The position numbers and the translations under genes were made by a program. A DNA stretch of 63,709 nucleotides, filler included, from Choristocarpus tenellus KU-1152 (taxonomy: Eukaryota > Protista > Phaeophyceae): the NCBI GenBank assembly GCA_964200185.2. It is 10 parts of 10 records of this genome, joined end to end, with 100 filler letters (N's around TTAATTAATTAA, not from the genome) between each part and the next. Parts side by side here need not be neighbours in the genome. Positions count along the whole stretch, not along the records: positions 37,112 to 42,453 come from CAXNAD020011088.1; positions 42,554 to 47,481 come from CAXNAD020012498.1; positions 47,582 to 57,742 come from CAXNAD020003112.1; 7 more parts are not named here. One strand, given 5' to 3'. Below the pieces are notes generated by a model. That model was not told the DNA's origin. It was given only the letters and a program-made list of their open reading frames with translations, and did not search any database. Shown here piece after piece: positions 38,275 to 50,500 of the stretch; the first letter of the stretch is position 1, and every line of letters starts with the position of its first letter.

Positions 38275-39346
38275 TTCTTTTTCATCTCATTGTGTTGCAA
38301 CGTCATACCATGTTCCTTTGTTATTGTTTAGATTGTGATTCAGACCTTCTCATAGGAATTAGTTGCATACTTACATATATTATCGTACCCTTTGACATTT
38401 TTCAGATGTATCAGGGGAAAAACCAATGGAAACTATTCACATGTCAGAATAACCCCTGCAAAAAAAGTAACGGTTGTCGTAAATGCGAAAGACGTGAATC
38501 TATTTACTGTTTTACCACCAGCTATAATACTACACAAACCCTTTCTGTGCCTCCAACCTAGCTTAGTCCTGCACCCCACTAAGGAAACATCCCAAATATC
38601 TAACATTCATAGTTATCAATATACACAACAGTAGTAGTGGTAAGTTGGTGCAACTACATATATAATACTATTAATTTCGTAAATATAGTAGTTGTCGGGA
38701 GGCAGGGTCCAATCAGTCGTGGGGGGTGTTGAGAATCACCAGTTGTGTCATGGTGGGGTGCTTCCAGCAAACCCAAAGCTCTCTCGGACATCAAATCTTA
38801 GGAGAAGGTTTGATGAGGTCTCAGATCCGACGGGAGATATCACATCTTTGTGAATGTTCAACCATTAGTAGTAGTAGTAGTGGTCTGAGGGTCCTCAAAC
38901 TTTTCTGTGTTTGATATCGGCGGAAAGTCACCAATGACAAAGAAATATGCGCGCAATGTACTTGTGTGTGCGCGCGGATGTGTATCTGGACTGAGATCAG
39001 CTCCCAAAGCGACCTGTCCATCACATAGTAAACATATTTTTTGGAGAGATATCTTTCACATTTACGTCAAGTGTTACTCCTTTTCTACAAGTCGTTGCGA
39101 TATTGGTTTGACTTTTTGCCTACACATCTGTCAAATGTCATCAACAATAATAATATATATACACACTATATAATAGCATTGCTTGCATTTTCCCATCATT
39201 CTCCCATTTCCTCGTACCATCACTTGACATTGTTTTGTGGACATCAAACCAAACTTAATTTTTGAAAGATTGAGTCAGATACACAAGTTGTACAGGTGAA
39301 ACTAGACCCAGCCCCTAGTTGCAACAACTTAGCAGGTTGAGTGGAT

Positions 39347-41531
39347 ATGGGTCCATCTCCACAGCTGCCCATCTCTTGTATTCCTATCAGACGCGAGGTG
39401 TCGCCTGTCCTAGATGTGACCGTAGAACCTCCACGCTTATGCCTCGGGTCTATCCCCGGAGAAGTTATAGTTCAGGTACTTGCATGGCTTCCTATTCCGA
39501 ATATTGTGGCTGTCTCGTCCTCCTGCCAACTTCTGTTCGAGGCTATCCCCGAATCGACTCGACGGGTGGGATGGCCAGGGCGTAGGGGTGACAATTGGCC
39601 AGGTGTGGGTGCAGGGAGAGGTATGGGTGAGAAGATTCAGGTTGATGCGCCTTTCTTGGACCTTGCAGAAGCTGGGAATGGAGCTACTGACGAGGCTCTC
39701 CACAGGTTGCTCGGATTGCTGAGTGTGCCATTAGGATTAGTTGACAAGTGTGAGAACGAGGCAAGACGAGGTCAATGGGGAGATGAAGTGCAAGAGCTGC
39801 CTGGGACAACAAAGGAGTCACCCCTCATCCGTGGTCTTGTGTTGAGTAGCGAAAATATATCCGATAAGGTGAGTTTACTCTTTCACCGACCAGGTCCTAT
39901 TCCTGACCAACTCGCGACTACCTCGTGCAAGAGTATCAAGTCCGAAAGTTCAAGAACGAAATCACTCAGGGAATACTCTACTCCCATCTGAACAAAGCAG
40001 CAACTCAATGCAGACTGCAATATTGCGTCGCTATCCCGGCTCCATTTGTGCGCCCTTTTTGTTCGGATCCCTTTCCATGCCGCCATGCCCATGTCTGTAT
40101 TTGGATCTTCAACATCAAGTAGCTCACAAAGAACCAAGAACCTTAACGAACATCCCTCGTACATGAAGGTTAATTTTGTGAAGGATCGACCTCTCCCCAT
40201 GGTTGTAAGTACCTTCCCTGAACGAAGACACACGAAGAGACGGGAGGGTCAGACGTGCCCTCCTCACACCTGGTAATGATTTCCAACCCTTCATTCAGCA
40301 CCATGGTACCTCTCTCTCACCAGCTTGATTGTCCGGCACCATATCCTCTCCGCTTAAGCAGGGACTCCACCGGGCTCTGGCATCCTATGGGACGGGTCTT
40401 AAAGTGCTTGGACTCAGTGGATGTCTGGGGCTTTGGGACCCTGCCACCCCGGCAGTCATTGGAAGGCACTGCAGCAACTTGATGGACCTTGATCTCTCCA
40501 ACACTCTCAGGAGACCTGTACCACAACTGCTGATCAATCCATTGGAAACGCCATTGTTGGTGAGACAAATGTTGAAATATTTGTTAGAACGTATGTTGCG
40601 AACCAAATCACTGTCACGTTGGCACCCACTGGCAGCACCTCTGTTCAACATATTCTCCCAAGGTGGAAAGCAGGTTGCACTCTATCCCCATAGGCACCAT
40701 ATATACAGGGGCCGTCCATGCTCTCCTGGCACACCATTGTCATCTCACAGCTAGCTGTGGGTGAGACTATCCCTCTCCCAACCCCAACATCTCGGGTCTC
40801 TTGGAGAGCAAACAGGTTAATCCTGAGAGGAAATACGTTCTGGATAATGTGGGCTTAGATGCAATGCTGGAAGGTATTGGGGAAGGTCTTGAGTTCCTTC
40901 GTCTCTACAACTGCCTGGGACTCACCCTCTGCGGGGCCCCTATAATTGCAAGAAAGTGCCCCCGTCTCAAGGAATTGGATGTTGGGTGAGTTATTATACA
41001 TTTTTTTCATGCTTCAGTTGAACAGAGGAGCATGTGTCCTTGTTATCTTCCGCTTCATGTCCTTTGTTTTCGGTCATGTAGAGTTGGGGCTAGGAGTTCG
41101 ATACCACTCTTCATATTTGGGCTAGGGTTAGGGTCATTGTTTGGTTTCCCCTCGCATCATCACTTCTGTGTGCTCCTTCTCCACCTCTCGCTCGCCCGCT
41201 TTCCCTCCCAAAGTACGTCACATTGACACCATTGCCACACCCAACAGAAGCACCTTGCCCAGTCATCTCCATCGTTTCCACCTTCCCCTTCTGACCTCAA
41301 CCCTGCTTCCTGTCCTTTGCTCATACCCGTGTCAATCTCGATCCTTTGTGTGGAATGGTGGACCCCAATAGATTTGATGCTCAGACCCTCAGGTGGGCTC
41401 TTTGGCAGCACAAAACAGACGAGACCCTTGCCACCCTGGCTGCTGCCCCCTGTGCCAACACTCTGGTATACCTTGGTTTGAGGGGTTGTGCCGATCTCAC
41501 AGTGGCTGGTCTACGTTTACTTTGCACGTCG
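39347..41531 (+). CDS. F-box/LRR-repeat protein; 3' end missing or unresolved
   Basis: F-box LGSIPGEVIVQVLAWLPIPNIVAVSSSCQLL; LRRs LKVLGLSGC, HCSNLMDLDLSN, LEFLRLYNC, KCPRLKELDVG, LVYLGLRGCADLTVAGL, spread over GT-AG exons. Confidence 0.82.
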
Positions 41532-42431
41532 GTGAGTTGCGTGTGATGGGGACAGATCTGTGACCTGGATTGATGTACACTTGAACTTAGAATTGGAGTT
41601 GTGCTGCGTTCCTAAGACTATACAGCCCTAAAGAGATGCTGGAAATATCAAAACGAGATGTCCAAACTTGATGAAGAAAACTGATTGATTGAAAAGTGAC
41701 ATAGTGGATAACTGAAGACCGGGGCTCTACCCTGGACTGGGTAGTTGCGAGAAGATAAGGCTGTGAGCTGACTCGGGAAGTTCTTTTTTAAGAACCAGAC
41801 CAGGGTCGTATATATGTATATGCATTTTTTTGGGGGGGGGAGGACCTGACCAGGGTTGTAGGAATTTTGGCAGGAATGGGCAGCTGGTCAGCTCAGGCAA
41901 GGTATATATTTTGAACAGGTCAGGTGGGATGTTGATTTTTAGTTTAGTCAAGCTGAATGCATGTATATGCAGAAAAAAAAGAGACCCTATTAACAAAAAA
42001 AAATGTGTTACATATACTGAGGTTGGTCACGGTAGTGACTTCGGCGGTTATAATAATGGCATTTGGACTGTAATCCACTGTACTGGCGGTGATATTCGCT
42101 GTGGTGTTGTACTGATGTAATTGTGGAAATACTGCACCTTTACTGTCAAAAACATTCAACGTTGATCCCTACAGTACTGTACCGTACTGTTATAATGGAA
42201 GAGCCACTGTACTTTCACCATCAAGAAAATTCAATGGTGTACTGTGGAAATTCCTTAAATAGCATTTGCTGTAACTGTACTGTATAGATACCTAATCGCA
42301 CTGTTCAAATCTGTTGCCATGCCGTATGGATGGATGTATTGCACATAATGATCCATGTTGTGAATTGACAGAACAGTAATGTCCATGTGGTCGCTCTGTA
42401 ATAATGGTTGTTAATTGTACGACGGTATAAA

Positions 42432-42453
42432 GGGTCAAAGTATCTGGGGGGGG
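42432..42453 (+). mobile_element. MITE terminus at contig end
   Basis: GGGTCAAAGTATCTGGGGGGGG. Confidence 0.75.
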
Positions 42454-43321
42454 NNNNNNNNNNNNNNNNNNNNNNNNNNNNNNNNNNNNNNNNNNNNTTA
42501 ATTAATTAANNNNNNNNNNNNNNNNNNNNNNNNNNNNNNNNNNNNNNNNNNNNACCATCGCCATCACCATCAAGAGGGTCCATTCTCATCACCATCATCA
42601 TGAAGAGGGTTCATTCCCATCAATACTGCATGGACATGGGGTCTTCACTGTCTCAAAATTGATGATTAAAAAAATACATCATGAGGAGAACATGGTTCGC
42701 GTGATCCTTCACCCTGGCTTAAGCCAGGGTGGGGTTAGTTTAGTGTTATGTTGATGTATTGTAGTTCATAGCACTACAGAGTGATCTATAGTATCTGTGG
42801 TGCTACATGTCTCTTGTGGTTTTTAGGGGTGCGGTCGGGTGGGGGGGGGGGCTGGTGCTCTGCATCTCTAGGGTGTGAAATCCCTTCCATAGCTTAGAAC
42901 TACCGAATGAATAGCAATAGTACTACCTAGAAGCATTACATTTGAAATATTGATAGTACTTGGAGTTAGGGTCAGGGTTAGTCATTCTGTGAAAGCCCCC
43001 ATGTAAGGATTATTTATTAATAAGCACAGTACAGAATATCACATAGTAGTAACAATAATGTTAATAATAATTAATTTCACTCCTCTACAACATTTGCCAT
43101 TATCCCTTCAAAATTATCACTATCCATACAGTAGTCGGGGAATACGTTCCTTAACAGAAATAATAATATTAATTTCTTAGCAGTAACCTCATCCACTATA
43201 CATATTACACCTTTTTTTTCTTCACTTGACTGTCCTTCCCACACACCAAGAGAGCCAGTTTGATGACCTACCCATCCATTCCACTCCACTCCACTCCCCT
43301 GTCTTGATTGTCACACCTCAG

Positions 43322-45817
43322 GGGGACAATCTCCTACGAAGGGCAATATCTATGGATGAACAAAATGCCAAGAAGTGGGTAGAGATCATCAAGGTTGCAC
43401 AGGAGGGGGTACCATTAAAGGATCAGCCTCGTGTGCTGAGCAAGATTGAGGAGGACTTTCAGTGCATGGTGAGAAGGGTGTATGTGAAAACAGATGGACA
43501 ATGCAGATTAGTGGCTGGATTCACACCTTCCATATGATGGGAATGTCTAAGTTAGAGGTCGTGCCTGGGTCACATGCTCTGCTATTTTTGGATCAAGGGG
43601 GGGGGGAAGATAGAGACACATAGAGGTGTTCTTCCATGTGGTTGTACTACTCTAATGAAATGCATGCGTGACTGTTTGGTGACATGTGAATAAGGGAGTG
43701 TGAGTTGAAAAGGAGAGGGTGGGTCACTCTCAACTGCACGAGCTGTATAAAAATTTCTTGTTATTCAAATATATTTCTTATTGTTTCTACCGTTGTGGTC
43801 ATCTCACTAAAAAAAAAATGACACTTGGGGATGACCCCGACCTGTGGCCAGAGGTTCTGGTCAGAGGCGCTACACACTGCACTCCTCCTAGTACCAACCC
43901 TAACCTTAACTATGTGTTTAACTGTGGCTAATGGTATTGCCTCTGTTCCTACCAATCTTGTGCACTGAGTTATTATTATGACTGTTACTGTTAATATTAT
44001 TATTATTAATGATTATTTATTACCAATGGTATTATTATCTTGCTTCAAATTGTGTTCATCTGTTCTTTTTTTGATGTTTTTTTAAGTAAGTTTTTTTTTA
44101 AGGGAGCGTGTATCAAAGCGTTGTTTGTTCTAGGGTTAGGGTTACATGCATACACAGTTAGTAGCAGTAGTCGTAGTAGTTTTGAAAAGTTCTTGAAAAT
44201 CAAAAATAAAATAAAATATATCGTGGTGGGCAAACATCTCACGCCGTGTGGAGTGTCCTGTTAGTAGAAAGTAGTGCTTTGAACACACTCTGGGTTTGGA
44301 AACAACTACCAGGTGGTGCTGTAAAACTGTTTGGCCTACTCCACTCTGTCACTCTCAAATGTTCTCAACCTCCCTTTGTCATGTTGGTAACCAACCCCAT
44401 TGATGTTCCTGAAATAGGTGTGCATGGACATGGCATCACCGCCAGTGACCACTCCATGTGGACACAACTTCTGCCAGTCATGCCTGAAGAGGTAGGTCCT
44501 GTTACATATTATTAAAAAGATGTGTTCTGAGATGTGTAGATACTGTGTGAACATGCTCAGCAAACTGATTACTGTCTGAACCCCTTTTCATAGGGTTGAA
44601 GTATATATGTTAAGTATGTATGTTAAGTATATATGTAAGTATATAGTCCCCATAGCTTGATTGGTTTTAGTGAGAGCGGTTCCTCGAACGGTCCTGAAGG
44701 CCCCTCCAGCCCAATGATCCAATATGCCAATGCCTCCAAAGCAGTATGAAAACCATCTCATCTGTATCTACAGACGGCTGGTAATACGTTGATCACAATA
44801 GACGTAACGAAATAATATGAGTGTACACAGTGTTAGCCCATGGCCCCTGTGCTCAACTTACTGACAAGCAATTGAAGTAGAAGAGGTTTGAGAAGTTAGG
44901 GTTAGGGTTAAGCAGTGTAACGGCGAAATATGTTGAAAGCGTTTGTTGTTAAGTTGGGAAGTCACCAACAAAGGTGGGCAGGTTTTCTTATGTCTGTGGG
45001 CTTGCTTGTTGGTAATGGCTCCATATATATTAGGAAAGGTGTTACGTTCTTAGATACTTTTTTTGTCATCAATCAGCCAGTCAAATGTACCTTGAGAGAG
45101 AGAGAGAGAGAGAGACGGTTTTGATTATCTATTTTATAAGTGTATATATATATATTTTTTTCAATAAATATACCTCCAGGAAGAAAGTTGTATTGTCAGT
45201 ATTGATCTGATAGATAATACATGCACGTATTTATGACCCCAAGTATTTGTGGTTTGAGATGTGTGAATATAAGGGGGGACGGGAGGACTAAGACTTAAGA
45301 GAGGGTTAGGGTTAGGGTATCATATCCAGACTTTTGATGTTATTGCAGTCGGCTCTTTCCGTCAAGAAGATGTGAGAGTTAAAAAGACGTACTACTCTTT
45401 GGCGGGGTGATTATGACGATTATGATGTCAGTAACACAAGTGTCCGCTACTGATAGCACTACTGCACCTTTTGTATCCTCTTACATCTTACTTACATACC
45501 GATAGGAAGTATAGAACACCACACACATGCTGACAAAAAGCACAAACTCACTTCCCAGGCCAACCTCGTGGGCCACGCTCATTGATAACACCATTCCTTT
45601 TTTGCTTGTTGATTGGACTGTGTGACGTGTCTCTTCTTATCTATAACCCTAACCCTAACCCCGTATTTCCAGAGGTATGAAGCACCAGGAGCAGAGTGGC
45701 GACAGCGCAGCATGCCCTTCATGCCGTGCTGCTCTCCCTGAGGCATTTGCTGCCAAGACACCGATCAATTGCCGTCTGCAGACCGTGTTGAGAGAGCTCT
45801 TTCCTGGATCTGGTTGA
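43322..45817 (+). CDS. UHRF1-like RING (C3HC4) E3 ligase, last three exons
   Basis: Exons 43322-43468, 44418-44491, 45673-45817 splice in frame: ..DEQNAKKWVEII..LSKIEEDFQCMVCMDMASPPVTTPCGHNFCQSCLKR..CPSCR..INCRLQTVLRELFPGSG*, collinear with the UHRF1 C-terminus. Confidence 0.8.
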
Positions 45818-47581
45818 GTGGAAGGACAAGACCGGTCTCAGGCTCTCATGGGGTGTTCATTCAGATTGCCTGTCCCAGTGAGGGAGGGATGTTGGCAAGG
45901 CCCCCAGTGTTTTGAGGCAGTGCGCTTGAAGTAGTGTTGGGTAGGCTGCATGTGTTGCATATCTTTCTAAGGCAGTTTGTGTTTGACGTTGGGAAGTTTC
46001 ATAGTGTTTTGTGTCGAGACTGGAGCAGCGGTGACAGGCATGAGTCTGGCAAATGGGGCACAGGGAGTGGTGGTGATGATAAAAGGCTAGGTTTGACCTT
46101 CTGAAGTGTATCGATTGGTGATGTAGAAATCTCGTGCAGGCAGACAACATCTCTCTCACACTAACAAAAGCAAAACAACTCTACTTCACTTCCCAAATTT
46201 TGTACAGATTCGTGTTAATATCATTGTTAATTTTGTACTCTCCGATTTTGCATAGTATGTCGTCTCACAAGGTCCGTCCTACCTGCCTAGTGTGTTGTGT
46301 TTGCACTGCAGAGAGTCAGTCCATGATGCAATTTCACCAAGACTGTACATGGGGTACTCTTGGATGAGGTCTAACCCTAACCCTAACCCATAAAAGCCCT
46401 CTGAGAAGGAGAATAAAATGAGTATTTTGTTTCTATGAAAATGGAAAACTTTAAGTCTCACCAGGAATGAACAATAGATTCCATCGGATAGGGTTTGCTG
46501 CAAGATTGCTGCCCTGACTGCCACGCCTTTCTGACCACTCCAATGCCTACCCTGACCTGAGGCTAAAGGCGTCTTTTGTGTGGTGTGAACCCTTCACACT
46601 CTATGGCACTCTGTGGCACTTTACTGTCCTGATTTAAGTAGTCAACACTACCTGCCCAGAGACCGCCACCAATATAAACAAGGGGAAAGCACTGACATAA
46701 ATTCAAGGTATGCTTGTAATATAACAAGTTTTAACATACTTTGGAATGTCAGTATGGTTATTGCAAAGGTGATGACTGTCACATCAGAGTGTTCGGACTA
46801 CACCTACTTAACGGTGTATGTTTTGATACTCCTGGATGAGAAATTGGCTCAAGGCGTATCTGTGTTTCAAGACAGTTTCATCAAATAATGCTTAAAAAAC
46901 CATCTTCGAATCATGAAGTACATTTATGTGGCAAGTATTTTTGGTGGTAGGGTAGCAATTTAGACGTCAATTGAAAAAATGACATATTAGATCAGTTGGA
47001 GTGATTAATGGTTATGATGTGGGGAGGGGGGGTGAAGGTGCTATTTTATCACCGAGATTTTAAATACAACTTGTAATAAAATCCAAGTGGTACACTGACC
47101 AAGCTCATTTCGAAAACAATGTTTTACGACATGTTTCGTGCCGATTCTCATCAAAAAAAGAGCACCGAGCAATAATCTCCTGTGTAGTGTGCAAACACTC
47201 TATTAGATCGTATTTCCAAGCATGTCTACCGTGTTCTTCAAGACAAGGTACTCACTCCTTGACATAGAGTTGTACATTGTATGTAGCACTCCGTCTATAA
47301 CATGCTCTTCGGCACAGCTCTATATTGTCTGTAACCACTCCAAGCCCTGTTTTCCGTGACCTGGTACCCCAATCAGTAGAAGTAGGAGCGGTATGTGTGG
47401 TTGTGACCTTCTGACTGACAAATGAGGAAAGTCGGGGGGGGGTGTTCTTTTCACAGTCGATTTGCCAAAGTGTTTAAGTGGNNNNNNNNNNNNNNNNNNN
47501 NNNNNNNNNNNNNNNNNNNNNNNNNTTAATTAATTAANNNNNNNNNNNNNNNNNNNNNNNNNNNNNNNNNNNNNNNNNNNN

Positions 47582-50500
47582 AGGAGACAAGTAGCTGGAC
47601 CCACCAACTGGCCTGCCCTCATCAGACAGGACAGCATCAGACACTGGACCCTGTCGCCGCAGTCGGGGGTCTGTTGGAAGCCTGAAAGGACTCCCTGCTA
47701 CTGCTGATGGTGATGCTACTGTCACTGCAGTTGATACATGCATTGCAGCAGCCCCACCGTCCCCATGAGTGTAGCCTCCTCTGTGAATACTTCTTGCAGG
47801 TGAGCCTCCATAGCTTGACATTGAAGCAATGCCCCTAGGCATTGAGAGTTGGCCTCCTCTAGATCGAGCAAGCCACACACACCCCATCCCCCCAATGTTG
47901 CCCGTGCTATGAGAGGTGTGACTAGAGAGTGTGCTCTCCTGTGCAAGCCACTGCCTGTCTGCCACACTCCCACCCCCCTGCTGTTCCATCCCCAGGTACT
48001 GTGTTGTTCTTGGATGCTGCTGCAGTTGAGCATGCTGGACAGGTGAACCAGTGTGGAGGGAGGGCAAGACTACCTCATGTCCCGGATGCTGACCAAGGTG
48101 TTGCCTTGTCGGGGAGTCTTGTGGACGGAGCTGATTCAATGACAAGCCAGAGTAAAATCCTTGCTCCCCAGGAGAATCTTGTGGTAGGACGGTGGTACCA
48201 GTGCCTCCACTGGTCCGTCTTGCAAGGTTCCTCAGTGATGCTGGACTGCCCACCTGCCCCCCTCCGTCTGACCAAGGTTGGGATGATATTGTGTCTTCAT
48301 TGTCTGCTCTCAATGCTGCTGTATCCCAAGAGGACATGTTCCGATCAGGTGATCCCCAGCTCCCTCCCCTTCCCCTTTGTAATGTTGCTGTACCAGTCAT
48401 ACTATTGAGAGATGAAGGGCGCCAAGTGAGGCCTCGCTGGAAGGCATGCGCCTCTCCCTGTACCTGGCCTTGCACTTGATCTTGGTGGAATGTTATGCTG
48501 GGCAGAGCGGGAGCAGTGATTGCCATGGGGGACCGTGGTAGTGACTCTCCTTGGAAGGCATTACTGGAGGCAACGTCCCTACTGTTGCCACTTTGTAGGT
48601 TGCCAGTACGGACATAATCACCATTGCTGTCAGAAATGGTGTTGGTTGTCATTCCAGAACTGTAGGAGCAATGTGTTTATGTGGTAAGGAAGAGAGGGTA
48701 TTAAGCACTAAACATGAATGCAGAAGGAAATATATTTTGACAAAACCAATGTGAAGTAAAAATAGTATCTAACAAACTTCATCTGAATCAGGTGGTTTCA
48801 TAGTGTTCCCCTCACAACATCATCCCAAGCTACTTCCACCAGAGACAACGCTACCATATGAAAAGGGGAATGCTACTACTACTACTAGTACTATTATTAT
48901 TATTATTATTATTATTTTGGGGGTTCAAAGGTAACCAAAAAACATGAATTTGACCAAAGCTATCCCAAAGCGGTTGCTGCACTCACTTGTTACTTGACTC
49001 CACCACTTTGGCACCTTCACCACTTGTGCATGCACTACTTTCCACCACCCCTGACACCTCCACATCGTCTAGCTCACTCTTCTCATGCCCAGAATTGCAG
49101 ACCTGTTTGGGGAACAACAAAAGGTAGAAAATGTGTGTGTGTGTTGGTCTGTGAGTATTTGAAGGTTGAGTAGAAGGCATGTTAGATTCAAATAGACATT
49201 AATAGGATGGTGGAATGACACACCATGCAATTTATTGACACATGCTAAAATTGATCACAATATAATATAATATATAATATACACGCAAGCAATTGCACGC
49301 AATTTTTTCAAATGGAGACAGGAATGAAATAGGTCTCTGTGTAGAAACAAGAAATGCTAACTTGACATAGTATTCTACCATCAAAAGGAGATATTGCACC
49401 ATGGTAAATCTGACCTTACATAACTACTTGCAAAAATACTAGACACTTGTATTGTGTGACAAAATACAAGAGCACAAAATCACCTCCAGAGGAGTGCCCC
49501 CCTTGATTCCTGCACCACCTTGTACTCTGCCGTTGGAGACAGAAACCATATCTGCCACAGGAGTAGATGAATCCAAACTTGGTCCCTGCCCCACCTCTCC
49601 CTACCAAGCGAAAAAGGATAATCAATGTAAGCATCACCAATAAGATACAAGAGGAACACCAACAGAGACCTAGGCAAGGGTTAAGGCTTATAATCAAGAA
49701 AAGAATAAGGCCTAACAACAAGCAAGACTCCATTTTGACAAAAAAAGAATATTGGGGCACAGTTCACACAACAACATCAGTGGCTCAAAACTATCATCAC
49801 ACCCTCATGAATTTTACCCTCCCCCCAATCGCCACCAATTCCAAAAACATGTGTTCTCTCCTCACAACCATCTCACTTGCTCCTTCTCCTGACCAGTAAT
49901 TCCACCACCTCCCCCCCCTGATTTGCCTTTCCCTGCCCCAGGTCCTCCTCTTCCCTTCCCCTTGCCACTCGTGGGACGACCTGATCCCCTTCCCCCTGCC
50001 CCATCTCCCATTCTAGTCCCTCGCCCCTCATCCCCTTTACTTTCCCTCTTTCGCTTCCCCCTCCCCCGCCCCACAGAGCTGCTTGCCCTCCCACCAGAAG
50101 ATTTGGCGCCTTTCACCTCCCCCTCCCCTTCTGATGCACTGCTGAAGCCATAATCTTCACCACTTTCCTTTGAGTACGGAGCTTGCCCATGTCCTGCCTC
50201 CCTTGGGCGGAAACCTTCGGGGAGGTTTGGCATGCCTCCTTTGGATGCCTCCACCACACAGTGGTTCCCACGAGACATCTGACCCCCATTGTATTGTAGT
50301 ATTGTAAACGACATGGTAAGGGATGTTATGCCACAAACATTGTACTATGTACTATGTACCAATGGTACATTCATTTACACCAATTAATTGGAAAGAATAA
50401 ATAGTCCCTGTTGTCACATCGAGTCTATGTGCTATATTTACAGTGCAATCTTGTATACTCCTTAAATCTTTCCCACAACAAAATTAATGTAGTAATATAT

